NCBI GenBank assembly: GCA_049521795.1
Contig: JBEKOM010000003.1
Location: 64,001 to 128,000, forward strand
Reading direction: 5' to 3'
Length of the DNA stretch: 64,000 bases
DNA from: Candidatus Bathyarchaeia archaeon
GTDB lineage: Archaea; Thermoproteota; Bathyarchaeia; Bathyarchaeales; Bathycorpusculaceae
Made by a program: the position numbers and the translations under genes. Numbering within the stretch: the stretch's first letter is position 1; the number at the start of each line of letters is the position of its first letter. The notes below the pieces were generated by a model. That model made no database searches, was not told the DNA's origin, and worked only from the letters and a program-made list of their open reading frames with translations. Positions 55,494-64,000 of the stretch are shown here, piece after piece.

Positions 55494-57431
55494 TTATGGA
55501 ATGGTACCGTACGCGCTCTTGGCCAGAGGCTTTGGCTTGATCAGCAACAGCAAAGCGGAATTGATTACTACTGATATGCATCCGGCTTCTGCAAGAACAA
55601 CGGCTAATACTGGATTCAGGATGCCAAAGGCGGCTAAACTCAATGCGACAATGTTCCAGATAAACGCGTAAACTATGTTCCCCTTCATTCTGTTAAACGC
55701 CTTTCGACTCAGACTAATCGCGTATTCAACCTTTGTCAAGTCGTCTCCAAGCAGAGCCACGTCAGCAGTCTCTACAGCCACATCGCTGCCAGCCGCGCCC
55801 ATCGCAAACCCAACATCCGAATTGGCCAACGCGGGAGCATCATTCACACCATCACCAACCATCGCAACAACATTGCTCTTTCTCAGTTCCTCAATGACCG
55901 AGACTTTTTGTTCAGGCAGAAGCTCAGCATGGTACTCATCAATCCTGATCTGCTCAGCTATAGATTTGGCAGTCCGCATGTTATCGCCAGTTAACATGAC
56001 AGTTTTGACTCCTAAACGCTTAAGCCTCAGTATAGCTTCCAAAGAATTCTCCCTGACTGTGTCAGCCACAACGACGACGCCAATTACATTTTTGTCAAGT
56101 GCCACGGGAATAGCTGTTTTCCCCTCGCTTTCAACCCGATTCATCAATTGATTCGCTTCTTCTGAAATCTCCGTTTCCATCATCTTAGTTCCAATCAGGA
56201 TATGCTTGTTTCCATAATGGGCATCCACGCCATGCCCTGGAATAATTTTGAAGTCTGTAGGGTCAGGAATATTCATGTTCATCTCAGTTGCCTTAGCGAT
56301 GATGGCTTTAGATAAGGGGTGTTCTGAGAATTTCTCAGCAATTGCTGCATACTTAATTACGTCTGCCTCAGAGCAATTACCCAAAGTTTTTATCCCAACA
56401 ACCTTGGGTTCGCCAAGGGTTAACGTGCCAGTTTTGTCGAAGGCCACCAGGTTAACGTCCTTTAGCTTTTCGATGTGTGTGCCACCCTTGATTATTATGC
56501 CGTTCATGCTAGCATTACCGATAGTGCCTGCAACGGCGACGGGAACAGCTATCGAAAGAGCGCAAGGGCATGCGACTAAGAGAACAGTCACGGTTCTAGC
56601 AAGTGCCACGTCAAAACCAAGTGCGAAATAACTGACGGCAAAGACAGAAGATGCCAAAACTGCCATGATTGGTAAGAAGTAAGTGGTAAACCTGTCTGCA
56701 ACGTTCTGTATTGGTGCTTTTTTCTCTTGAGCTTCTTCGACAAGTTGGATGAGGTGAGCGAGTGTAGTGTCTTCAGCGATTTTTTCAACTCTAATTTCTA
56801 ATGCTCCATGTTCATTGAGTGTGCCAGCAAATGTGCGGTCCCCTATTGTCTTTTCTACTGGAATTGACTCGCCAGTTATAGTTGCTTGGTTAACGGTGCT
56901 CTGTCCGGAAACTACTGCTCCGTCAACGGGTATCTTGTCACCTGGTTTGACTAAGACGATTTCGCCTATCTTGACCTCGTCTACGGGTACTTCAACTTCT
57001 GCGCCGTCTCGACGTATGCGAGCTGTGCTGGGGCTCATGTTTATGAGCTTCTCAAGCGCGCCTCTGGTTCTGTGGATAATGTAATCTTCAAGGGTCATAC
57101 CTGCAAGTATTATGAACGCCACTATCGCTGATGCTGTAAGGTAACCAACTGCTTCTGCCGTGCCAGTGGCTGATGCTGAAGGTAGTACGAGACCCGCCAC
57201 TACTGAAATGAAAATTGCAATTGTTGCAAACAATTGGGCAGTAACGTTCCCATGCAGAAGGGATCGAATGCCGTGCACATAGATGCGGTAGCCTAAGGCA
57301 ACAGCGATCAAAGTCAAAGCAATGCTAATTTCATGCGCGCAAGTCACTTGAGTCCCAGAAATTAGGGCACCTGCTAAAGCGAATAGCCCAAGTGAAGCGA
57401 CTAGAACTACACCTTGAACATGTTCTCTCAT
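55494..57431 (-). CDS. Heavy-metal P1B-type ATPase, atypical metal-site residues
   Basis: TGES, CPC, DKTGT, SEHP, GDGVNDAP; no N-terminal HMA domain. Confidence 0.93.
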   Translation of the reverse strand: MREHVQGVVLVASLGLFALAGALISGTQVTCAHEISIALTLIAVALGYRIYVHGIRSLLHGNVTAQLFATIAIFISVVAGLVLPSASATGTAEAVGYLTASAIVAFIILAGMTLEDYIIHRTRGALEKLINMSPSTARIRRDGAEVEVPVDEVKIGEIVLVKPGDKIPVDGAVVSGQSTVNQATITGESIPVEKTIGDRTFAGTLNEHGALEIRVEKIAEDTTLAHLIQLVEEAQEKKAPIQNVADRFTTYFLPIMAVLASSVFAVSYFALGFDVALARTVTVLLVACPCALSIAVPVAVAGTIGNASMNGIIIKGGTHIEKLKDVNLVAFDKTGTLTLGEPKVVGIKTLGNCSEADVIKYAAIAEKFSEHPLSKAIIAKATEMNMNIPDPTDFKIIPGHGVDAHYGNKHILIGTKMMETEISEEANQLMNRVESEGKTAIPVALDKNVIGVVVVADTVRENSLEAILRLKRLGVKTVMLTGDNMRTAKSIAEQIRIDEYHAELLPEQKVSVIEELRKSNVVAMVGDGVNDAPALANSDVGFAMGAAGSDVAVETADVALLGDDLTKVEYAISLSRKAFNRMKGNIVYAFIWNIVALSLAAFGILNPVLAVVLAEAGCISVVINSALLLLIKPKPLAKSAYGTIP

Positions 57432-57715
57432 GGAATCCCTCTGGATTCAATCTCGACTCGATAGCCTAGTCTTACCAAGCGCTCAGCAAATTTAGAGTAG
57501 CTGATTTTTTGTGAGTCGTATTCTATTGTAACTTTGCCTGTTACTTCATCAACCTTGACTTTTGACACCCCATTCAACCTTGCAAGTGCATGCCTCATGT
57601 TTTCCGCCGCATAATCAGTTGCGCATGTTTTGCATCCAGCGCACTCCATTTTTTGAGTCCTTAGCACTATTTTCTCCATGGCCATGTTCAGAATCTCCTT
57701 TTTTTCATGAGGCAA
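57428..57715 (-). CDS. HMA-domain metallochaperone with CxxCxxC
   Basis: KMECAGCKTC...ALARLNGVSKVKVD...VTIEYD...LGY; real start may be 57685 or 57679. Confidence 0.8.
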   Translation of the reverse strand: MPHEKKEILNMAMEKIVLRTQKMECAGCKTCATDYAAENMRHALARLNGVSKVKVDEVTGKVTIEYDSQKISYSKFAERLVRLGYRVEIESRGIP

Positions 57716-57835
57716 TTGTGAGTCTATTCTTGATATTCGCTGTCTGCAGTTAAATGCTAGAACGTATTCAAATATTTAAATCTGTTGTTTTGAATTTGCC
57801 TTACTTTGCGAGAATCTAAAGGTTTCTTATGAACG

Positions 57836-58222
57836 TCAAAGAATGCTCAGTTTGCGCATACCCTTGATAAGCTCGATATTAGCTATGCCGTAGAAAACCC
57901 ATTTGCCTTGTTTTCTATCCTTCACCAGTTCAGCATTTTGCAATATTCCCAGATGATGAGATGCGGTCGGCTGAGTAAGATTTAAAGCAGCCGTGACCTC
58001 GCAAACGCACATTTCTCGAACCAACAATAGCCCCAGAATTCTCAGCCTTGTCGAATCTGCAAGAGCTTTGAAGACTTTGCTCTTTCTTGAGGCGTTTTCT
58101 TTGCTCATGTTCTTGTTAGCTAGTTTCTCTAGTTCGGCAGCATATTCTGAAGCACTTTCACTGGAACAAATGCCTGCATCGGCTAGTCGTTGCAGTCTTC
58201 TCTCTATTTTTGATGTTGGCAT
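57836..58222 (-). CDS. ArsR/SmtB family repressor
   Basis: FKALADSTRLRIL, MCVCEV (alpha3 CxC), QPTASHHL, GKWVFY. Confidence 0.92.
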   Translation of the reverse strand: MPTSKIERRLQRLADAGICSSESASEYAAELEKLANKNMSKENASRKSKVFKALADSTRLRILGLLLVREMCVCEVTAALNLTQPTASHHLGILQNAELVKDRKQGKWVFYGIANIELIKGMRKLSIL

Positions 58223-58244
58223 GAGACTTCAATTGAGTGATGGC

Positions 58245-58270
58245 GAATAACATATTTAAATGCGTTGTTC
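58245..58270. promoter_or_regulatory. Imperfect inverted repeat centred on TTTAAA, divergent arsR/arsC promoter-operator
   Basis: GAATAACATATTT|AAATGCGTTGTTC (10 of 13 pairs); near-copy at 57772-57789. Confidence 0.55.
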
Positions 58271-58290
58271 TATGCTTCAGTGAGAGGTGG

Positions 58291-58692
58291 ATGAAAATGA
58301 AGAGAGTACTTTTTGTGTGTGTCGAAAACGCTGGCAGGAGCCAGATGGCAGAAGCCTTTACCAATCATTATGGAAAGGGAAAGTTCACAGCCTCTAGCGC
58401 AGGTATCAAGTTAGCCGAGAAGGTGAATCCTGTAGTTGTTGAAGCCATGAAAGAGAAGGGCATCGACATCTCAATGAACCTGCCGAAACTGCTGACTCCA
58501 AAGATGTTGGAAGAAGCAGATCTGATCGTGACGATGGGCTGTGGCGCGGCAGACCTGTGTCCAGGTCCTTTTTTCAAAGCAACTGTGGATTGGGGACTCG
58601 AAGATCCAAAGAGCAAACCGATAGAGAAAGTCCGGGAAATCAGAGATGAAATAGAAAGAAGAGTGAGAACATTGATTGACCAAAGCATCTGA
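58291..58692 (+). CDS. arsC: Arsenate reductase ArsC (LMW-PTP/thioredoxin type)
   Basis: CVENAGRSQMAE P-loop, MGC...CP, DWGLEDP, VREIRDEI; GAGGTG before ATG 58291. Confidence 0.9.
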   Translation: MKMKRVLFVCVENAGRSQMAEAFTNHYGKGKFTASSAGIKLAEKVNPVVVEAMKEKGIDISMNLPKLLTPKMLEEADLIVTMGCGAADLCPGPFFKATVDWGLEDPKSKPIEKVREIRDEIERRVRTLIDQSI

Positions 58693-58790
58693 TAGCGCGC
58701 GCATACTGACCTATCACTTTTTTATGAACAAAAGATGTGTATTTTTGAATGACGTGATCTGGGAGTGAACGTCCGACAGAAGGTCCAGAA

Positions 58791-61222
58791 TTGGCCGAGA
58801 AGACCGTAGACTATAGTCAGATGACGACGGAGAATACAATCAAATCTCTGCAGTCGAATCCAAGCCTTGGACTTGCAACGGGCGAGGTTGCGACCCGACT
58901 GAGGCAATATGGGCACAATGAAATCCCAGAGAAAAAACCTAACCCACTGAGGATGTTTGCAAGCAAGTTCTGGGGTCTCACCGCATGGATGCTTGAGATC
59001 ATAATGGTTCTTTCAGGGCTCCTCCACAATTACTCAGACCTGTACATCGTGACAGGGCTTCTTGTCTTCAATTCGATACTGGGTTTTGAAGAAGAACAGA
59101 GAGCATCAAGCGCAGTGGAATCACTGAAACTAAAGCTACAAGTTAACGCGAGAGTCCTCAGAGACGGCTCTTGGACAAACGTGACCGCGCGAGAATTGGT
59201 CCCGGGGACATAATCAGAACGCGGTCCGGAGACTTCGTGCCAGCCGACGTGAAGATAACAGATGGCGAATTAGGCGTCGACCAATCAGCCTTGACGGGTG
59301 AGTCAATGACAATAGACAAGAAGCCAAGTGATATTCTGTATTCTGGCTCCATTGTCAAGAGAGGCGAATCGAACGGCATCGTCGTATCAACAGGGTTGAA
59401 AACGTATTTTGGAAGAACTGTCCAGTTGGTGCAGCTTGCAAGGCCAAAACTACACATGGAAGAAGTCATTTCCAACGTGGTCAAGTGGCTTCTGATCATA
59501 GTTGCTTCGTTGATCATAGTGGCCGTCACCCTTTCAGCATATGATAGAATCAGTCTTCGGGACGTGCTGCCCATAGCCCTAGTCCTGTTATTGTCTGCGA
59601 TACCCGTTGCCTTGCCCGCGATGTTCACTGTCAGCATGGCTTTGGGCTCCATGGAGTTGGCCAAGAAAGGCGTACTTGTAACCAGACTCAGCGCTTCTGA
59701 AGATGCGGCCACGATGAGTGTGCTCTGCGCAGACAAGACGGGCACAATAACAGTGAACAAGCTTTCAGTGGCAAACGTAATCCCCCTGAACGGGTTTACT
59801 GAAAAAGACGTAGTACTTTACGGTGCCCTGGCTTCTCAAGAGGCTAACCAAGACCCTATAGACAACGCCTTCATCGCCAAAGCCAAACTGGAAAATCTGC
59901 CCATTTCTTCGTTTGTACAGAAAGGTTTTGTTCCCTTTGACGCGAAAACACGGAAAACTGAAGCCTTGGTGCAAGGAGATAACAATGAATTCAAGGTTAT
60001 GAAGGGAGCTGTTAGCGTCATAGCCAAAGCATGTGGGCTTCAAGAGGACTCTGTAAGAGACTTAGAATCGCGGATGAGCATGTTTGCCGAAAAAGGGTAC
60101 AGAACTCTGGCAGTCGCGAGAGCACATGATCACAAGTCTCAGGATATCGTCGGTCTGGTGGCTCTTTACGACATGCCTAGAGCTGATTCAAAGCAGCTGA
60201 TACAGGAGCTCAAGCACTTAGGGATATCAGTGAAGATGTTGACAGGAGACGCTCTTGCAATAGCGAAGGAAGTTGCAGCTGAAGTGGGGCTGGGCGAACG
60301 GGTAATTAGAGCTGCGGAGCTGAAAGAATTCGTAAGAGAAAACGCGATAGAGGCAGCGCAGGCGGCCGAGAAGAGTGATGGGTTCGCGGAGATATATCCT
60401 GAGGACAAATATGCGATCGTCAAGAGTCTTCAGGCCGCAGGGCAGGTTGTGGGCATGACGGGTGACGGTGTGAATGATGCACCAGCGCTGAAACAGGCGG
60501 AAGTCGGCATAGCCGTGAACACTGCAACAGATGTAGCCAAGGGCGCAGCTAGTGTCGTCCTGACTAATGAGGGTTTGACCAGCATTGTCGATTTGGTTCG
60601 GAATGGAAGAGTGATCTATGAAAGAATATCTGCATGGGTATTAAGCAAGATAGTGAGAACTCTGCAGACTGCCATCTTCGTGGTATTAGCCTTTATCTTG
60701 ACGGGTAGTTACGTCGTGTCGGCGTTCGCCATAGTGCTTCTCTTCTTTATGACCGACTTCGTCAAAATAGCATTATCCACAGACGATCTGAAATGGTCAC
60801 AGAAACCTAACACTTGGAACGTAGCCGGCATAGTAAAAACGTCCCTCGTGCTCAGCACGCTGATCGTTATCGAATCATTCGGGCTGCTGTACGTGGGACT
60901 CAACGTGTTCCATTTAAGTGCAGCCGACGAAACCCTGTACACGTACAGTTTTGAAATACTATTCTACTCCGCCATGTTCCTGATATTCAACGTAAGAGAA
61001 AGAGGGCATTTCTGGGAGTCAAGACCAAGCAAGACCCTGCTGACAGCAATGATACTGAGCATGATTGCCGCAACAATAGTGGCGACGACGGGAATCCCAG
61101 GCCTCAAACCTCTACCCTTAGCTGAAACTCTGCTTGTGGCATTCTGCACTGCAACGTTCTCACTAACACTCAATGATCTGGCCAAGTTCCTCTTTGTGAA
61201 GAGGACGAAAACAGAATGGTAA
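58791..61222 (+). pseudogene. P3A-type plasma-membrane H+-ATPase split by a -1 frameshift at about 59207
   Basis: 5' part: YGHNE, WMLE, RDGSW...ELVPG. 3' frame: GDII, DQSALTGES, IPVALP, DKTGT, GDGVNDAP, TDF. Confidence 0.8.
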
Positions 61223-61437
61223 TACTATACTGAAAATCCAGGCTGCTTCGATTCCTTTGCGTGCGCTGTGCGTGTAGTCGACCTTTTGTAGCATGCGCTA
61301 ATAAAATGAACAGGAGCCAAGGGCTCGGCATGAACGAGCGTATCACCCGCCAAGAGACTAGGTACGTTGTGCTGTAACATGAGAGTCACAAGTGCTTTAA
61401 TATCGCAAAACGTCAAATCATCAGTGGAGAGACATGG

Positions 61438-62256
61438 ATGAACGTTATGGCTGCGCCTCCAGAACAGGTTCCAGAGCAGCTTCCAGAACAGCCTCCTACT
61501 GAGAGGAGAAGAACCGCTCCCATGGTTCTGCTGATTGTTTTGCTGATTTCTTTGCTTCTCCTCACTCTGGTCATTGTCTTTCCGCTTCTTACAAATCTGC
61601 GGAATCAGCACTTGACCAGCTCCGACTGGTCGGGCTATACTGTCGCCTCAAACTTGAATCACCCTCAACCGAAGGTCACGAGCGTCAATGGGTCTTGGAC
61701 GGTTCCCACAGTCAACGTTTCACTAGAAGACTCTTTCTCAGCGGCGTGGATTGGAATTGGCGGACAATTTGACCGCACGTTGATCCAGGTAGGAACTGAA
61801 CATGACTCAACAAGATACGGACAAGGAAAATACTGGGCTTGGTATGAACTGATCAGTTTCAGCGCGGTCACGATCGATTCAATGACCATAACGCCAGGAG
61901 ACAAGATCACAGCTTCAATTTCGCTCTTGGACCCGATTACGAGCGCCTGGTCGATAGAGATTCATGATGTCACAAATGAACAGTCGTTCCAGAAGAACGT
62001 TCTTTATCCTTCCTCGATGCTCTCTGCAGAATGGGTTGTGGAGCGACCAACGATAAACGGCGTTCTTATGACTCTAGCTGACTTTGGTCAAGTAACATTC
62101 ACAGGTTGCACAGCGACCGTAAGCAGCACGGTTGGAACGGTAGGCAGTTTTCCTCACAGCCAAATCATAATGTACGGTCGTCCAAACACGCCACTGGTGA
62201 GCGTTTCACCCTTAACTTCGAACGGCTCCTCCTTCGCGGTCAACTACCTAGACTAG
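61438..62256 (+). CDS. Membrane-anchored G1 (eqolisin) glutamic peptidase
   Basis: N-terminal TM; SSDWSGY, AAWIGIGG, LIQVGT (catalytic Q), AWYE, SAEWVVERP (catalytic E). Confidence 0.85.
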   Translation: MNVMAAPPEQVPEQLPEQPPTERRRTAPMVLLIVLLISLLLLTLVIVFPLLTNLRNQHLTSSDWSGYTVASNLNHPQPKVTSVNGSWTVPTVNVSLEDSFSAAWIGIGGQFDRTLIQVGTEHDSTRYGQGKYWAWYELISFSAVTIDSMTITPGDKITASISLLDPITSAWSIEIHDVTNEQSFQKNVLYPSSMLSAEWVVERPTINGVLMTLADFGQVTFTGCTATVSSTVGTVGSFPHSQIIMYGRPNTPLVSVSPLTSNGSSFAVNYLD

Positions 62257-62401
62257 TGTTCATTACTTCTGAGCGTGAACCAATGTCTTCTTCGTGCTCG
62301 CATTTTCAAGCATTTTTCATTTCGCCCAGGGTTCCTTTGTCCTGTAGTCCTAGAAGAAGGTCGTCCTTGTCACGCTTTTCTTACACAAGATGGGCTTACG
62401 G

Positions 62402-62818
62402 TTACAGCACTTTCTTGGAAAGGGCTCTGATCGTTTCGTAGATTGATGTTGCCGTTGCAATGATGATAACTCCGAGAGCAAATACGTATTCTCTTGTTAG
62501 GATGGGCGGTCTAAGAAAAACTATCATGAATATCAATGAAGTTACCAAGAAAATCGTATAGAAGAAATTCCGCGGGATCAAAAACCTTCTGAAACGAACG
62601 AGGTTTTCAAGGACTATTCGATCCGCAACATAACCGCCTAACTCCTTTTTTATCAGCCCGGCCTCTTCCAGCTTGTTTATGTGATAAAGCGCTAGGGTCG
62701 GACTGCTCAGATTCAGCGCCCTCTGAACCTCGCGGATTCCGATCGGCCTATCGCTCTTCAATATGAACTTGTAAACCTTTAGTGTGAGCCCTCTCAGAAC
62801 GTCCTTCGATTCGCTCAC
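62402..62818 (-). CDS. Winged-HTH regulator with two C-terminal TM helices
   Basis: GLTLKVYKFIL...IGIREVQRALNLSSPTLALYHINKLEEAGLI followed by two hydrophobic segments. Confidence 0.82.
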   Translation of the reverse strand: MSESKDVLRGLTLKVYKFILKSDRPIGIREVQRALNLSSPTLALYHINKLEEAGLIKKELGGYVADRIVLENLVRFRRFLIPRNFFYTIFLVTSLIFMIVFLRPPILTREYVFALGVIIIATATSIYETIRALSKKVL

Positions 62819-62856
62819 AGCTTTTCCGTCTCCATATGAGAAAGCAACCGCATTAC

Positions 62857-62903
62857 ACTATTTGAAACATCGGTGTTCAAACTATTTGTACACATGTACA
62901 AAA
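62857..62903. promoter_or_regulatory. Tandem inverted repeats, candidate operator pair
   Basis: ACTA-TTTGAAACA-TCGG-TGTTCAAA and ACTA-TTTGTACA-CA-TGTACAAA, 24 bp apart. Confidence 0.55.
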
Positions 62904-62949
62904 ACGTAGAATTAAATTTTTCACTGACTATTCATTACGTTGATGCCTC

Positions 62950-64000
62950 ATGAACTCCAACAAGGAAGTCCTCGCAGCGTCAATCCTGGCAATCGGCCTA
63001 GCACTCGGGCTTGGGACAGCAAGCTACGGGCTGTTCTCTGGAACTCCAACTCCTACGAAGCTTGAAACAGTCTTAGATGTTTTCACGCAGAAAGGCGGAA
63101 TAGGAATCAACGTATCCGGCGGAAACTTTGAACCTTTCGATAACGTTTCTATCCTTGCTTATCTCACTCAGGGAGGCATCAAACTAGAAAACCGCACAGT
63201 GACATTTTCAATTCAAAAGCCAGATGACACGCACACAACCTGGACAGCCTCAACAAACGACTCAGGTCTTGCTGAAACAGATGTATCCCTTCTTCCCTCT
63301 GAGGGCCACATGATAGGAACATGGCACGTCCTCGCTAACGCGACGGTAGACAATGAAGCCGTGAATGATACGCTTGACTTCAAATGCGAATCCCAAAGCG
63401 CTCAAATTGACCTCTTTTCTGAAAGGAACGGGGTTCCCAGCATCTCCTTTCTCCCAAACGAAACAGTTCTCCTCGAGGCCCAACTGTCGTACAGAAATGC
63501 CTCAATCGCTGGAACCACGGTCACCTTTGCTGCAATGACTGCAAAGCACACTGAATTCCTTCTGCAAAATGTGACGACGAACAGCCTTGGAACTACAAAC
63601 GTTACCTTCCGGATTCCGTGGCCCTCAGACCTCTCCCTAGGAATCTGGCAATTATCGGCTGCGAGCGAAGTGTACGGACAGATTTTGAACGCCACGATGA
63701 GCTTTGGATGTTACTTGCAGCCGCAGGTAATAGATGTTTTCACTCAAAAGGGCGGCGTTGGACCGAACGCGTCAGGGGGAAGTTTCGCACTTAATGAAAC
63801 TGTAGTTCTCTACGCCGAAGTTCGAGATGAGCTCAACCAGACAGTGTCTTATCAAGTGGTAGGGTTTTACCTCAAAGAACCCAACGGAACAGACTTTGCC
63901 TTTCTGACTCAGACGACGAACTCTTCAGGAATGGTAAACGTGACGATTCGAGTACCGCCAGATCCTACGTACGTTGGGACTTTTGAAGTCTACGCAAGGA
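62950..64000 (+). CDS. Secreted/surface glycoprotein with ~110-aa beta-rich repeats (partial; not in ORF track)
   Basis: Own translation: N-terminal hydrophobic segment, repeats DVFTQKGG.G.N.SGG.F...TN..G...G.W, 17 N-x-S/T sequons in 350 aa; open to window end. Confidence 0.85.
   Translation, partial: MNSNKEVLAASILAIGLALGLGTASYGLFSGTPTPTKLETVLDVFTQKGGIGINVSGGNFEPFDNVSILAYLTQGGIKLENRTVTFSIQKPDDTHTTWTASTNDSGLAETDVSLLPSEGHMIGTWHVLANATVDNEAVNDTLDFKCESQSAQIDLFSERNGVPSISFLPNETVLLEAQLSYRNASIAGTTVTFAAMTAKHTEFLLQNVTTNSLGTTNVTFRIPWPSDLSLGIWQLSAASEVYGQILNATMSFGCYLQPQVIDVFTQKGGVGPNASGGSFALNETVVLYAEVRDELNQTVSYQVVGFYLKEPNGTDFAFLTQTTNSSGMVNVTIRVPPDPTYVGTFEVYAR

Noticed and set aside
61458-61500. PEQx 12-nt repeats in the peptidase N-terminus
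   Set aside because: Three short coding repeats in a low-complexity cytoplasmic tail; not a CRISPR or mobile repeat.
55337-64000. Intact integrative element at tRNA-Cys
   Set aside because: No integrase, transposase or att duplication seen in the window.

Overview
Archaeal chromosomal window (about 48-50% GC). Gene content points to a TACK archaeon, probably Bathyarchaeia; this is inference from ribosomal proteins S4e/L32e/L19e/L34e, Rpp29, HdrA/HdrD and Tes. From left to right: a partial GNAT gene and a methyltransferase; a redox block (nfnB-nfnA, tandem ferredoxin/MvhD protein, trxB, hdrD-like, hdrA fused to a cysteine-free MvhD-like domain); an ETF-linked beta-oxidation cluster; tetraether synthase (tes); hypFCD/hypE; and the rpl22...secY-adk-DUF106-rpl34e-cmk ribosomal superoperon with an inserted Hsp20. 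Next come a radical SAM gene with two GT2 genes, an ECF S component, DNA ligase, a ThiF/UbaA-family enzyme and tRNA-Cys. After the tRNA is a lower-GC arsR-HMA-P1B ATPase / arsC cluster, a frameshifted P3A H+-ATPase, a G1 glutamic peptidase, a membrane-anchored wHTH and a partial repeat surface glycoprotein. The most striking observations are four. (1) The Oxa1-superfamily insertase (DUF106/EMC3) carries an AT-rich, apparently acquired, signal peptide plus DNRLRE-like extracellular domain, giving a YidC-like architecture. (2) An antRCA-like metalloid P1B-ATPase module is paired with arsC. (3) The MvhD modules around HdrA and Nfn are rewired. (4) A candidate membrane-tethered regulator/protease/surface-protein module lies at the right end. 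No rRNA, CRISPR array, integrase or transposase was seen. All calls were made by eye, without database searches.
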